A stretch of DNA of 64,000 bases from Candidatus Tayloriibacteriota bacterium (GCA_039934295.1 JBDTMN010000004.1:4840-68839), one strand, 5' to 3'; positions 18,969 through 29,670 are shown, numbered from the stretch's first letter. Notes: generated by a model not told the origin, from the letters alone. Made by a program: numbers and translations.

Positions 18969-19679
18969 CTAGTCAGATATCTTGGTTCCCATAAACTTCT
19001 TTCCCGAAAGATAGTTATCAAGCTCATGTATTTTTTGACCATTTACAATCGCCACTTCTATCCCAAGCTCTTGAGCGAGTTTTGAGGCGACGGGGTCAAA
19101 GGGGGAAGAAAGTCCCGGGCTCCACTTTTTCGGAATCAGCTTTCTGAATTCTCCCCATGTGAGGGTGGGAAGTGGTATAGCATTTTTGTATTTTCGAGGG
19201 TCTTTGTTGTAAACGTAGTCAATGTTTGAAAGGTTTATGATTTTCTTGGCTCCGATATTTCGGGCCAGTAAGACCGCGTCATAGTCCGTGGAAAATCCGG
19301 GCTTCCAACCACCGGCGACCAATATTTTCTCTCGAAAAAGCAAGTCTTCGTGGGGATTTTTTATCACCCGCGGATGAGAATATGTATGAAAAATAGAACG
19401 CATGAGGTGCGCGTTTAATCTTGTGCTGTGAATCCCAATCCAATCCACGTCCTCGATAGTGAGTGACGTGACGGCTCGCACGGCATCCTGGTAGTTTCTC
19501 GCGGTTTTTCCGCCACCGGAGATAATGATAAAGCGATGTCCCCTTTTGATATGCTTTACGATTATATCCTTGAAAGTCGAAAGAAAATGGGTATCAATGC
19601 CATCCGGAACAATAAGAGAACCTCCGACCGAAACGATGATTGGTAGGCCATTTTTTTTACTTACAGCTTTTTTTTGCAT
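18969..19679 (-). CDS. pyrH: UMP kinase (archaeal-type)
   Basis: VSVGGS, SGGGKTARNYQ, DWIGIHSTRLNA, GGWKPGFSTDYDA, PFDPVAS. Confidence 0.92.
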   Translation of the reverse strand: MQKKAVSKKNGLPIIVSVGGSLIVPDGIDTHFLSTFKDIIVKHIKRGHRFIIISGGGKTARNYQDAVRAVTSLTIEDVDWIGIHSTRLNAHLMRSIFHTYSHPRVIKNPHEDLLFREKILVAGGWKPGFSTDYDAVLLARNIGAKKIINLSNIDYVYNKDPRKYKNAIPLPTLTWGEFRKLIPKKWSPGLSSPFDPVASKLAQELGIEVAIVNGQKIHELDNYLSGKKFMGTKISD

Positions 19680-19724
19680 TCCTAGAAGCCTACCTTATTT
19701 TTTAAAAAAAATCCACCTTTGATT

Positions 19725-19787
19725 TCCCAAGGGTTACCCTTGGAACGTAGGAATATGGGTATTTCGCGCCAAGGGTAACCCTTGGGA
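19725..19787. repeat. inverted pair of CCAAGGGTTACCCTTGG palindromes (REP-like)
   Basis: CCAAGGGTTACCCTTGG and CCAAGGGTAACCCTTGG. Confidence 0.75.
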
Positions 19788-19826
19788 GTTTGTAGCGCTT
19801 TCGTAGTCAAAAATTTTTTTAATATA

Positions 19827-20219
19827 TCACTTTAGTTTATTCGCCAACTGCTTTGGAGTCTTCACAATCGCTTGAAAAAGAATATTTCGGCATATTTCCG
19901 GGTCGTTTTCAGAAAATGCATAAATCGGTTTCGCAAGCGCGGTGGCAAAACCGATCTCCATGCTTACACTATATCCGCTATATCCGTCCTTATTGAAGAC
20001 AAATACCGCATCGGCAACTCTTATTTTCTGAAATTGATCATGGGTTAAGCCCATAGCTATGAATTTCTTATGGTGCTCGGGAACTTTGTTCAAATCGCCA
20101 TAGTTTGCAGTGTAAAAATGCGGAGTCAAAACTTCCACGCCTAAAGCTTCGAGCTTTTTTGCGAACTCCATCGCTTCCTTGGCAAATCTATTACTTCCGC
20201 AGATTACTACTGATTTCAT
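19827..20219 (-). CDS. nucleoside 2-deoxyribosyltransferase-like protein
   Basis: VICGS, KIRVADAVFVFNKDGYSGYSVSMEIGFA...KPIY. Confidence 0.65.
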   Translation of the reverse strand: MKSVVICGSNRFAKEAMEFAKKLEALGVEVLTPHFYTANYGDLNKVPEHHKKFIAMGLTHDQFQKIRVADAVFVFNKDGYSGYSVSMEIGFATALAKPIYAFSENDPEICRNILFQAIVKTPKQLANKLK

Positions 20220-20285
20220 GCACCTATGTTACTACGAACTTGGAAAAAATGCCCGTCTGAATAATGCGTTCGGGCAAACGAAATT

Positions 20286-20319
20286 AAAAAAAAGCCCCAG
20301 TGGAATCCACGCAGGGCTT
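20286..20319 (-). terminator. intrinsic terminator after the 61-aa ORF
   Basis: AAGCCCTG-CGTGGATTCCA-CTGGGGCTT followed by a T run on the minus strand. Confidence 0.7.
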
Positions 20320-20355
20320 GTGTCGCTATTTGATTGATTGTAGCGACTGAATGAA

Positions 20356-20541
20356 CTATGACCAGGGGCGAGTAGAGGTGGCGCGCTCTTTTCTTACCTC
20401 CTCTGGAACAACTGTAAGAGGGGTGGAGCAGACAACGCAGATCAACTTTCCTTCTTTCACTACCCCGCTAGTCCTGAACCTATGGTTTGGGCACCAATCA
20501 GGTTTCCGTGCGTCTTCCATTCGTTTTTCGTTATCTTTCAT
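20356..20541 (-). CDS. 61-aa putative zinc-ribbon peptide
   Basis: GGAGAG SD before ATG; CPNH and CVVC motifs. Confidence 0.55.
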   Translation of the reverse strand: MKDNEKRMEDARKPDWCPNHRFRTSGVVKEGKLICVVCSTPLTVVPEEVRKERATSTRPWS

Positions 20542-20593
20542 TTCACTCTCCGTGGTTGATTTGTTAAAGACCGTTCGAAGCTTTTTGAGCAAC

Positions 20594-20960
20594 AAAAAAT
20601 CCCATCCTCATTACACAACGCAAAGTTGCATAATAAGGACGGGATTCTTCCCCTAAAACCTCCGAGGTTCGGGCAAGCCGTGGTGCCACCTTAATTAAAT
20701 AGATTCATGAATCTAAATTCAAGATTCAGAAATTATACTCATTGACTCAGACTTCCCAGCTTTCACTAGGAACGACATCAATTATCCTTGTTACGGAGGA
20801 ATCCCCATGACAGAAAACTGTCTGGGTAAACCGGGTCTTCACGCACCTTTCGGTTTGCAAAGACCATCCTGTCCATTTCTGGACTACTAGCCCCAACCCC
20901 CGACCGCTTTATGCGGACCGAGGAACTAGCGGATGTTTTTATATGTAAGCTTCAACTGGC
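20594..20960 (-). promoter_or_regulatory. T-box-type riboswitch leader (antiterminator + terminator) with atypical 5' domain
   Basis: AATTAAGGTGGCACCACGG T-box; complement CCCGTCCTT; overlapping ~21-bp terminator stem followed by T6; CCGTAAC stem IIA-like motif; TTGACT-17-TACATT promoter upstream. Confidence 0.75.
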
Positions 20961-20982
20961 TTGTAATGTATACCTATCGAGT

Positions 20983-21426
20983 TCAAAAGTCAACACTTTG
21001 AGATTTTTTGAAAGCGATGAATTTTTGAACACTCTTTTTATAGCCCTCGGCAAGAGGAAATGTGAACGCCTCTTCCGGAGAAACCCAACGAGAAGAAATA
21101 AGCTCGACCCCATCAAGATTCAATTCCCCGCCGACAATCTCGCACCAAACATGAAACCAGACAAAATGCGCCGAGCGATGAAAATCAGTTGAGCCGATAA
21201 GTTCGCCCCAGTCAAAAACATATTTGCCCCGAAGTCTAAGCCCAGTTTCTTCTTCGCCCTCTCGAACAATTCCTTCAATTATAGTTTCGCCGGGTTCTAC
21301 ATGTCCTCCCGGAAGAGTCCATTTGCCGGGCCACTTTGGCGATTCCACGATAAGAATCTTGCCGACATCATTTTCAATCACTGCGGACCCAACAATTTCT
21401 ATTCCTTTTGGAAATTTTTCATTCAT
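20983..21426 (-). CDS. NUDIX hydrolase
   Basis: [25 protein letters not shown] Nudix box. Confidence 0.92.
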   Translation of the reverse strand: MNEKFPKGIEIVGSAVIENDVGKILIVESPKWPGKWTLPGGHVEPGETIIEGIVREGEEETGLRLRGKYVFDWGELIGSTDFHRSAHFVWFHVWCEIVGGELNLDGVELISSRWVSPEEAFTFPLAEGYKKSVQKFIAFKKSQSVDF

Positions 21427-21430
21427 CAAA

Positions 21431-21982
21431 TTATAATTTTGCTCCGACTGCATGTATCAACTCGGGAAATTCTGTTCTTTCTTTGTCGTGACTGAAGTGC
21501 CCTTGATCCGCATATTCGTAATATTCCGAATTCAGATTCTCATGAACAAAACGCGCCTCATGGATAGGGATGAAGGCATCGTCTCTCGAGGCAAACTGGA
21601 CTATCCATTTTTGATTTTTTTTAATGGCTTCCCAGTTCCAGGGAGCATCAAAATACCCGCTTTTTTTCTCCATTTCGTTATCGAGGTTTGTGTGGTAAGC
21701 GCCAACCAAAACGGAGCCGAGTATTTTATTTTTCTCGGCGTATCTCATCGAGGCAATCGCTCCCGATGAGTGCCCGATAAGAATAGTATTTTCATCTGCT
21801 CCAAGCTCCTTTATGAATGGGAGCCAATATGCGCTTCGCGCGAGCATTGCGTCCGGAAACTTCTCGTTGACTGTGGCAATGCCCATTTTTTCGAGCTCAT
21901 TTTTAACATAGGGGTACCAATTTTCGTTTGGTTCGGAATCACCGTTGCCAGGAATAATTATTGCTTGGAAGTCATGAGACAT
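21431..21982 (-). CDS. RBBP9/YdeN family alpha/beta hydrolase
   Basis: [27 protein letters not shown]. Confidence 0.85.
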   Translation of the reverse strand: MSHDFQAIIIPGNGDSEPNENWYPYVKNELEKMGIATVNEKFPDAMLARSAYWLPFIKELGADENTILIGHSSGAIASMRYAEKNKILGSVLVGAYHTNLDNEMEKKSGYFDAPWNWEAIKKNQKWIVQFASRDDAFIPIHEARFVHENLNSEYYEYADQGHFSHDKERTEFPELIHAVGAKL

Positions 21983-21998
21983 TTGAGAAAGAAAATTA

Positions 21999-22409
21999 TT
22001 ATTTGTCGTCTTCCTTGTTGGCGTCCAAATCAAGACAGACCGAATTCAAACAGTACCGTTTCCCTGTTTTGGTTGGTCCGTCGGGAAATATGTGTCCCAA
22101 ATGCGACCCGCATTTTGAACAGACGACCTCGGTGCGCGCCATTCCAAGCGAAGTGTCCTGGTGTAGAGTGACTGCGCCCGGTAAAGCTTCGTCAAATGAA
22201 GGCCAACCCGTTCCGGAATCAAACTTAGATTCAGATGAAAACAGGGCATTTCCACATGCGGAACAATTGTATGTTCCTTCGCCTTTTTCATGCAAAAGTT
22301 TCCCGCTAAAAGGCGCTTCCGTTCCTTTCTCTCGCAAAATTCGATACTGCTCTTCCGAAAGTTTCTCCTTCCATTCGTCTTCATTTTTTGGCATGGGGTT
22401 TTTATTCAT
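21999..22409 (-). CDS. msrB: peptide-methionine (R)-S-oxide reductase
   Basis: GTEAPFSG, GTGWPSF, CGSHLGHIFPDGP, RYCLNS. Confidence 0.97.
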   Translation of the reverse strand: MNKNPMPKNEDEWKEKLSEEQYRILREKGTEAPFSGKLLHEKGEGTYNCSACGNALFSSESKFDSGTGWPSFDEALPGAVTLHQDTSLGMARTEVVCSKCGSHLGHIFPDGPTKTGKRYCLNSVCLDLDANKEDDK

Positions 22410-22413
22410 TGTA

Positions 22414-22872
22414 TTAATTAGACTTACCATAGGCCGCTCGATAATACTCCGCTCTTTTCAAATGATTCCTAAGCACGCCCAAGATTATATTGTTATCCGG
22501 ACTACCTAAGTCTTCTTTTTTCACAACATCTTCAAGAATGCCGATAAAATTATACTTTTTGATGCCCTTAACAACAATAAAAAATTCTTCTCTGAACGCA
22601 TGGTCTTTGAACAGTTTATCCAAATCAGACGGATGGTGAATGTCTGTATCAATTTTCTCCAATAATTCGCTAAAGTCCTCTAGACAAATCATGCTGTGCT
22701 TCTGCATTTCAGAATCATTCCGCCTTGCCATTGCTTCTTCAAAATACTCTAATTCTGTGATGGCCATGAACACCCCCTCCCGCACATTTTCTAAAACTCT
22801 TGCGAAGGAATCGGAATCAAGAGGAAGCTGGGATTGATCATATTCTATATTGGATTTTCCGCTTTCTGACAT
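22414..22872 (-). CDS. hypothetical acidic protein
   Basis: 152-aa ORF between msrA and msrB; no recognisable motif. Confidence 0.55.
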   Translation of the reverse strand: MSESGKSNIEYDQSQLPLDSDSFARVLENVREGVFMAITELEYFEEAMARRNDSEMQKHSMICLEDFSELLEKIDTDIHHPSDLDKLFKDHAFREEFFIVVKGIKKYNFIGILEDVVKKEDLGSPDNNIILGVLRNHLKRAEYYRAAYGKSN

Positions 22873-22882
22873 ATTTTTCGCG

Positions 22883-23434
22883 TTAATGACTTTTTGAATT
22901 TTCCATCAAATCCACAAATTCTTTCTGAACTTTTTCAAGCTTTGGATTAATGATGAGCTCGCAGTAAGGTTGATTTTTGTTTTTAGCGTAGTAATCTTTG
23001 TGGTAATTCTCCGCTTCATAAAACACGTCGAGCGGAGTAATTTCAGTCGCTATCGGTTTTCCCTCCTTGTTTGAATCATTGAGCTCTTGTATAAACTGTT
23101 CGGATTCCAATTTCTGCTCTGGCGTGGTATAGAAAATGACCGACCGATACTGTGTGCCCACGTCATTGCCCTGCCGATTGACAGAAGTCGGGTCATGGGA
23201 GCCAAAAAAAACAGTGAGAAGACTGCGAAAGGCAACCTTCGTCGGGTCATATTCAATCTTGATAACCTCTGCATGGCCAGATTTCCCGCCACTAACATCG
23301 TCGTAGGTCGGATTCTTCTTCGTGCCACCTGAATAACCCGGGACAACCCTTATCACTCCCTTAAGCATCTTAAATACGGCTTCAGTGCACCAGAAACACC
23401 CTCCCCCGAATATTGCAACTTCAGTATTCTCCAT
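22883..23434 (-). CDS. msrA: peptide-methionine (S)-S-oxide reductase
   Basis: GGGCFWCTEA, HDPT, QGNDVGTQYRS, AENYHKDY. Confidence 0.97.
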   Translation of the reverse strand: MENTEVAIFGGGCFWCTEAVFKMLKGVIRVVPGYSGGTKKNPTYDDVSGGKSGHAEVIKIEYDPTKVAFRSLLTVFFGSHDPTSVNRQGNDVGTQYRSVIFYTTPEQKLESEQFIQELNDSNKEGKPIATEITPLDVFYEAENYHKDYYAKNKNQPYCELIINPKLEKVQKEFVDLMENSKSH

Positions 23435-23453
23435 AAATACATTTTAACGATAT

Positions 23454-24635
23454 TTAGCCAAAGGTAAAGGTGAATGCTTTCAAACGGGATTTTTTAATAC
23501 GAATCTCAAGCGTATGTACTCCGTAGTCTGACCCTTCAAAGAGAGTATACAACTCCACTCCTTTTATCAATATTGTCTTTGAAAGTACGCCGTCCAAAAA
23601 TATTTCGACGTCGACTCCCGTATCAGAACCCGCCACCATGTATACATTTTTTGCCGAATATTTGAAAATGATTTTTGCCTCACTTTCGTTCTCCGCAAAC
23701 TCCGGCGTGAAATTCCAAGTGCCTGAAAGGTAAAGGGTATTTGCGTTTACTATAGAAGGGATTGAGAGCGTCTGAAGACCGACTCTCCCCTGCGTCCCAT
23801 TTGCCAAGTACTGGTTTCTCTCGGAGCCAAAATACGTTTCAGGACTTCCCACCTTGTGAAGGTCGGAAATAGCGGTAGATTCTTTAGCACTCCCCTCACT
23901 GGGTACTACATCCATATTTACCCCCAGGCGATTCGCCCTTTCGAGAAGCGCGGAGCGGATCGCCATCTCCGTCTCTTCATACCCGCCTTCTCCGATATGG
24001 TCATAGACTATGTATCCGTCAATATCAATGAGGTATTTCCTTGGCCAATACTGATTGCCGTACGCCTTCCATGTTGAAAAATCGTTGTCCAAAACAACCG
24101 GATAGATAATGCCGAGTTTTTTCACCGCCTCCGTCACGTTGTCCTCGACTTTTTCAAATGAAAATTCGGGAGTATGAAGACCAATAATTTCGAGGCCTTG
24201 GTCCTTATATTTGTCATACCACTCTTCAATAAAAGGCAGTGTCCTCTGACAGTTGATACAGCTATAGGTCCAGATGTCCAAAAGCACCACTTTTTTCCCC
24301 CGAAGTTCAGTAAGTGTAATCGGTTTTCCTCCGGTGTTTATATACCCGTCTATGGTGCTCAACTCGGGAGCCAGAGCAAAGTGGGCATTTTTAAAATCAG
24401 AAATTATTTTTTTCTCTGCTACCGTATTTTTTTGATTCGAATCGGCGCCTTTTGTGGAAGTAGATGTGGATTCTCCACTTATTATTTCCGTAGCAATACC
24501 TTCATTCGGTATTCCTTTCGGTATTCCAACCGGATAATAGGAAGAGGAATCTTGTTTAGGAGAAAACAGATAAATAGCGCCTCCAACGACGAGCGCGCCA
24601 CCTATAATTATTGCGATTTTATATTCAAGTTTCAT
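23454..24635 (-). CDS. membrane-anchored thioredoxin/redoxin (DipZ C-terminal-like)
   Basis: WTYSCINCQR, HTPEFSFEK, NQYWPRKY, SPETYFG, AFTFG. Confidence 0.9.
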   Translation of the reverse strand: MKLEYKIAIIIGGALVVGGAIYLFSPKQDSSSYYPVGIPKGIPNEGIATEIISGESTSTSTKGADSNQKNTVAEKKIISDFKNAHFALAPELSTIDGYINTGGKPITLTELRGKKVVLLDIWTYSCINCQRTLPFIEEWYDKYKDQGLEIIGLHTPEFSFEKVEDNVTEAVKKLGIIYPVVLDNDFSTWKAYGNQYWPRKYLIDIDGYIVYDHIGEGGYEETEMAIRSALLERANRLGVNMDVVPSEGSAKESTAISDLHKVGSPETYFGSERNQYLANGTQGRVGLQTLSIPSIVNANTLYLSGTWNFTPEFAENESEAKIIFKYSAKNVYMVAGSDTGVDVEIFLDGVLSKTILIKGVELYTLFEGSDYGVHTLEIRIKKSRLKAFTFTFG

Positions 24636-24711
24636 ATTTTTTTGGGTGTTATTCCCGCGGAAGCGGGAATCTGGATCCCGCCTCCGCGGGGATGACAGAA
24701 TCAGAATTCTG

Positions 24712-25455
24712 TCATCTTTTTAGCTCTAAAAGTTTTTGCTCGACCTTCGTGATGTCAAAAAAATTCATACTCAAAATTTTAGCTTCGAGAATTTTGTCGT
24801 ACCCTGTGACGATTGCAATGCCGACTAGGATGAAAATCACCCCTAAAATCCTTTTAAACCAACCTCTTGGGTCCGCGGCAACACCAAGTCGAATCATGAT
24901 TCTTTGCCCCAAAAGAGCAACGAGAAGAAGCATGAGGCAAAGTCCGAGCGTGTACGCCAAGAGGTAAATAATACCGAGAACCGGCTTTTCAGGAAGAACT
25001 GTGGCAAGAACTACAAAGTAAGTGGGACTGCAGGTTGAAAAAACGGGACCCAGGGCGGCGCCGATTATGACGTCTCCCCAAAAATTTTTCTTTTCGTACC
25101 CGACTCCAAGAAGCTTATTCGACTCGCGATTCAATACATTCGTAAAGCTCAATTTTTCCCAAAGAGACGGAAACACGGTGATAACGCCGAGGACGAGGAT
25201 GATGCCCCCAGATATCCATTTCCACGCGGATTCTGGAACTCCAATAAATACTGAACTGGCTTTTAGAAGTAGTGTGAACGCAATGACCGAAAGGCCGAGC
25301 GAGATGGTAACCGTGATTGCGCGCCTTTTTCTTATTTCCTCACCCGCGTCACTGCCTGAAAGCGTACCGCCCAAAATAACAGGAAGAAGTGGCAAGATAC
25401 AGGGCGCAAGAACAGTCAAAACTCCCGCGATGAATGTGATGATAAGTAGGGTCAT
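24712..25455 (-). CDS. ccdA: CcdA/DsbD transmembrane electron transporter
   Basis: LAPCILPLLP and STCSP cysteines; multi-TM. Confidence 0.85.
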   Translation of the reverse strand: MTLLIITFIAGVLTVLAPCILPLLPVILGGTLSGSDAGEEIRKRRAITVTISLGLSVIAFTLLLKASSVFIGVPESAWKWISGGIILVLGVITVFPSLWEKLSFTNVLNRESNKLLGVGYEKKNFWGDVIIGAALGPVFSTCSPTYFVVLATVLPEKPVLGIIYLLAYTLGLCLMLLLVALLGQRIMIRLGVAADPRGWFKRILGVIFILVGIAIVTGYDKILEAKILSMNFFDITKVEQKLLELKR

Positions 25456-25560
25456 GATTGCATTATACAGGAAAAAATACTTCTAAAAAACAGCGCTCTG
25501 AAGGTATACGTTTTTTACCTGGATCCCAGCCTCCGCCGGGATGACAAAATACGAATTTTG

Positions 25561-27468
25561 TCACTTCTTATCCTCGTCTTTCTTTTCCTCCTTTACGTCG
25601 GCATCTCTAACGTTGCCTTCGGGAGTAGCACCGCCTTCAGCGCCCGGCGCCGCGCCGGGCGCTCCCTGCGCTTTGCTCATCGCCTCTCCAATTTTAGAAA
25701 GCTCCGTTGAAAGAGCGTCAGTCGCGCTTTTCGTCGCTCCGATATCCGGCCCGTCTTTAACTTTTTTCGTAGCGTCAATTTTTTCTTGGACACTCGCTTT
25801 TATGTCAGCCGACACTTTATCCCCATTATCTTTGAGAGCTTTCTCGGCCGTGTAAATCATTTGCTCGGCGATGTTTCTCGCTTCCGCCTCCTCGCGCTTT
25901 TTCGCATCTTCTCCCGCATGAGCCTCCGCATCTTTTGCCATTCGGTCAATTTCTTCTTTGGAAAGCCCCGAGCGCGCTTCAATCCTGATTGACTGCTCCT
26001 TGCCCGATGATTTATCTTTTGCCTTAACATTCAATATGCCGTTCGCATCAACATCGAAGGTCACTTCAACCTGTGGCATGCCCCGGGGGGAAGGTGGAAT
26101 TCCATCCAAGATAAATCTCCCGAGCGACTTGTTGTCTTTCGCCATCGCCCGCTCTCCCTGCACGATACTTATCTCAACCGAAGTTTGATTATCCGCGGCA
26201 GTGGAAAACACTTGAGATTTAGATGCCGGGATAGTCGTATTTTTTTCGATGAGCTTGGTGTTCACCCCTCCCAACGTTTCAATTCCAAGAGAAAGCGGAA
26301 TGACGTCGAGAAGAAGGATATCCTTCACATCTCCCCTGATGATTCCTCCCTGGATAGCCGCGCCAACTGCCACTACCTCATCGGGATTCACTCCCATGTG
26401 AGGCTCCTTGCCAAAGAAATCTTTCACCGCTCTCTGCATCGCGGGCATTCTCGTCTGTCCTCCGACCAAAATCACTTCGTTAATTTCGGGCTTCTTGAAA
26501 GGCGACGCCTCCATTGCCCTCTTCGTTATCTCCATCGCGCGGTCGATAAATTCCTGACAGAGTTCCTCGAGTTTCGCACGAGTCATTTTGATAAGAAGGT
26601 GTCGAGGACCGGACGCATCGGAAGTAATGAACGGGATGTTGATTTCAGTCTCGACCGCGTTTGAAAGCTCGATTTTCGCTTTTTCCGCTGCTTCGTCGAG
26701 TCGTTGGAGCGCAAGGGTATCTTTCCTCACGTCTATCCCCGACTCCTTTTTGAATTCTTCTCCTATCCAATTTAATATTTTCTGGTCAATATCTTTGCCT
26801 CCGAGGTGTGCGTCGCCATCGGTTGACTTTACTTCAACGACATCGTCTCCGACTTCCAATACAGAGATATCGAAAGTTCCTCCTCCGAAATCGAATACCA
26901 CAATTTTTTCATCTTTCTTCTTGTTGAAGCCATAGGCCAAAGCCGCCGCGGTCGGTTCGTTTATGATACGCTTCACATCCAAGCCCGCAATTTTTCCCGC
27001 GTCTTTTGTAGCCTGCCTTTGAGAGTCGTTGAAATAGGCAGGCACGGTAATCACTGCTTCAGTCACTTTTTCTCCAAGACGGGCCTCCGCGTCGGTTTTG
27101 AGTTTCTGAAGTATCATGGCCGAAATTTCTTCCGGCCGATACCAGTTTTCGCCCATCTTCACCTCAATGCCTCCGTTTGCGGATTTCCTCACTTCAAAAG
27201 GCACGGACGCTTTGTCCTTCTGCACGGCGGGCTCATCGAAGTTGTGTCCGATGAATCTCTTAATCTGATAAATGGTATTTTTCGGATTTGTCACCCCCTG
27301 CCTCTTGGCGAGAACGCCGAAAAGACGCTCTTTCGTTTTTGATTCGGCGACGATGGAAGGCGTAGTCCGCGCTCCCTCGGCGTTTTCCAAAATTTTCGGC
27401 TCGCCAGCTTCCATGACCGCGACCGCCGAGTTGGTTGTTCCTAAGTCGATTCCAATTATTTTTGACAT
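25561..27468 (-). CDS. dnaK: chaperone DnaK
   Basis: [25 protein letters not shown]. Confidence 0.99.
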   Translation of the reverse strand: MSKIIGIDLGTTNSAVAVMEAGEPKILENAEGARTTPSIVAESKTKERLFGVLAKRQGVTNPKNTIYQIKRFIGHNFDEPAVQKDKASVPFEVRKSANGGIEVKMGENWYRPEEISAMILQKLKTDAEARLGEKVTEAVITVPAYFNDSQRQATKDAGKIAGLDVKRIINEPTAAALAYGFNKKKDEKIVVFDFGGGTFDISVLEVGDDVVEVKSTDGDAHLGGKDIDQKILNWIGEEFKKESGIDVRKDTLALQRLDEAAEKAKIELSNAVETEINIPFITSDASGPRHLLIKMTRAKLEELCQEFIDRAMEITKRAMEASPFKKPEINEVILVGGQTRMPAMQRAVKDFFGKEPHMGVNPDEVVAVGAAIQGGIIRGDVKDILLLDVIPLSLGIETLGGVNTKLIEKNTTIPASKSQVFSTAADNQTSVEISIVQGERAMAKDNKSLGRFILDGIPPSPRGMPQVEVTFDVDANGILNVKAKDKSSGKEQSIRIEARSGLSKEEIDRMAKDAEAHAGEDAKKREEAEARNIAEQMIYTAEKALKDNGDKVSADIKASVQEKIDATKKVKDGPDIGATKSATDALSTELSKIGEAMSKAQGAPGAAPGAEGGATPEGNVRDADVKEEKKDEDKK

Positions 27469-27574
27469 AGATTTTTTAGCTTTTAGCTTTTAGGTTTTAG
27501 CTATTAGCTTAAGAGTTACGTTTTAATTCGAATTAAAAAAAGACGCGACATTCTGTGTCTTTTTTCTTAAAAAG

Positions 27575-27919
27575 CTAATAGCTAGTAGCTAATAGCTTAA
27601 AGCTTCCCGCGGGTGCCCTAGTCATTTGACTTATGAAAAAATCAAGCGAAGAAACAAACTCCGAAATGTATGGAGAAATAATAAACTCGTGCTTTTGAGC
27701 TTTACCTTTTGGAGCAGAGAGAAGAAGAATTTCCGGAGAATTTTCTGCAGTTCCTGAAAGAAGAGCAGTTTTTTTGGAGATAATTCTTACAATTCGAGGA
27801 TTCGAAATTTTCACAATTTCCCCCCCTTCTTCTTGCACAATAAAAGCAAGGACCATCTGCACCGCTCCCCTTTCGACAGTTACAAATCTAATATTCTTTT
27901 TTCTCGATATTTCTATCAT
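27575..27919 (-). CDS. hypothetical protein between grpE and dnaK
   Basis: 114-aa ORF with AGGAG SD, bounded by heptamer repeats. Confidence 0.55.
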   Translation of the reverse strand: MIEISRKKNIRFVTVERGAVQMVLAFIVQEEGGEIVKISNPRIVRIISKKTALLSGTAENSPEILLLSAPKGKAQKHEFIISPYISEFVSSLDFFISQMTRAPAGSFKLLATSY

Positions 27920-27955
27920 ATCTTTCTCCTCATCTTTACCTTACACCTTACACCT

Positions 27956-28594
27956 TTAACCTAACACCTGCTCTTTAAATTCCCCCACTCTCACTTTCGG
28001 CGCCTTCAATACTCTTCCATTCAACGAATACCCTTTTTGTATGACAGATGTCACCACCTGATCCATCTCTTTTTCATCCACTTTTACATATTCTATCGCC
28101 TCGTCCCGCATAGGGTCAAATTTCGAATTGGAGGGGTCAATCTCTTTGAGCCCATTGTCATCTAAAATTTTCTTAAGTTGACTCGCAATATATTCCACTC
28201 CAGTCCGCCAGTTTTTGTCCGCCTTCTCCCAGAGTTCTTTGTTTCCCATCGCCATCCCAAAACTGTCGAGAACAGGAATAAGTTCCGCCAATAAGCCCTC
28301 ATTCGCGAATCTCACAAATTCGGCATTTGCATCCTTATCCCGTTTTCGAGAATTGATGAAATCGGCTTTATCCCTCTGCCAGCCGTCGAGATACTTTTGT
28401 TTTTCTTCCACGCAAATTTTGAGCTTCTCGCGAAGTTTTCCTATGGTCTCTTCCCCTCGTTCTTCCTCCGCGACTACATCTCCATCATCAGACTTCTTCG
28501 ATTGCGGAGTTTTCTTTAAAGGATTCCCTTCTTCATCTGTTGCAATAATATCATCGGCTTCAGCGTTTTGATTTTTTGAATTATCATCTGACAT
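27956..28594 (-). CDS. grpE: nucleotide exchange factor GrpE
   Basis: RDKADFIN.RKR, LIPVLDSF, FDP..EA, QKGYSLNGRVL. Confidence 0.95.
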   Translation of the reverse strand: MSDDNSKNQNAEADDIIATDEEGNPLKKTPQSKKSDDGDVVAEEERGEETIGKLREKLKICVEEKQKYLDGWQRDKADFINSRKRDKDANAEFVRFANEGLLAELIPVLDSFGMAMGNKELWEKADKNWRTGVEYIASQLKKILDDNGLKEIDPSNSKFDPMRDEAIEYVKVDEKEMDQVVTSVIQKGYSLNGRVLKAPKVRVGEFKEQVLG

Positions 28595-28663
28595 TACTTC
28601 TCATTATATATTAATTTCTAATATCATAGCAAAACACCCCCAAGTGAGGTGTTTTGTTTGCCT

Positions 28664-29104
28664 TTATCTCTTAGACCACTGCGGTGCTTTCCTAGCCTTT
28701 TTAAGTCCGAACTTTCGGCGTTCTTTCATGCGGGGGTCGCGTTTCAAATATCCCGCTTTCTTGAGTTTCTTTCGGAGTTCAATATCAAAGAGGAGAAGCG
28801 ACCTTGCAATACCATGTCGCACCGCCTCCGCCTGAGAGTGAATTCCGCCACCTTTCGTCTGAACAGTAATTTCAAATTTTGAATTAATTTTTGTTTTATT
28901 CAGGGGATCTAAAATGATCCTTTGGAGCTCGGGCGTTGGAAAATAGGTAGCCATATCCTTGCCATTAATGAGATACGAAGATTGGGGGACACCCACAGTC
29001 ATACGAACCCTGGCCATTGAAGTTTTGCGTCGCCCAACAGCCTCGAGGTATCTCGATTTTTTCACCTGCGCCTCTTCTTCTGTTTTTTTGATTTCTTTTA
29101 TCAT
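28664..29104 (-). CDS. rpsI: 30S ribosomal protein S9
   Basis: GRRKTS, GGGIHSQAEA, ERRKFGLKKARKAPQWSKR. Confidence 0.98.
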   Translation of the reverse strand: MIKEIKKTEEEAQVKKSRYLEAVGRRKTSMARVRMTVGVPQSSYLINGKDMATYFPTPELQRIILDPLNKTKINSKFEITVQTKGGGIHSQAEAVRHGIARSLLLFDIELRKKLKKAGYLKRDPRMKERRKFGLKKARKAPQWSKR

Positions 29105-29231
29105 ATTTTTTTAATCGTGTAACGTGTAGCTTGTCCTAACCCGTTTGGTCGGACTAGGGTAACCTGTAACGTCTGAGAAAGATCTTTCTTTTTCTTACGT
29201 TACAAGTTGCACGTTTTGCGTTACACGGTCA

Positions 29232-29579
29232 TTAATCCTTAATGACCAGCCTCTTCATCATCCTCGGCCTCAATTTGTTTGACGGAAGCATGCCATACAC
29301 AGCCAATTTAAAAACTTCAGATTTTCCCTTTTTTTCGATGACCGTTTCCATTTTCTCATGCCTCAATCCTCCCGGATAGCCCGAATATTTTGCATAAGTT
29401 TTTTTCGAGACTTTTTTCGGAGAGATTTCAGATTGAGACACATTCACAATTTCCACCATTACGTCCGCCGGAAACGAGTTGCGAACATAAGAAGAAGTGT
29501 TTTTTCCCATGAGAATACTCGCGGCCTCGCTTGCCACTCTTCCCACTTTTTTCTTTTTTGCGTCGAGTATATACTTCAT
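29232..29579 (-). CDS. rplM: 50S ribosomal protein L13
   Basis: LDA..VGRVAS, YSGYPGGL, AVYGMLP.NKL. Confidence 0.96.
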   Translation of the reverse strand: MKYILDAKKKKVGRVASEAASILMGKNTSSYVRNSFPADVMVEIVNVSQSEISPKKVSKKTYAKYSGYPGGLRHEKMETVIEKKGKSEVFKLAVYGMLPSNKLRPRMMKRLVIKD

Positions 29580-29670
29580 TTTTTTTCACTGAACTGACTC
29601 GGAACATTCACTCGGAACTAAAGCCGAACTTCTGTGCTTTTCCGTGTGCTTCGTCCGTGTGGCTTCCGTG

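Noticed and set aside
20594-20960. RNase P, SRP or tmRNA
   Set aside because: Their hallmark motifs were not found; the T-box antiterminator/terminator explains the 3' part better
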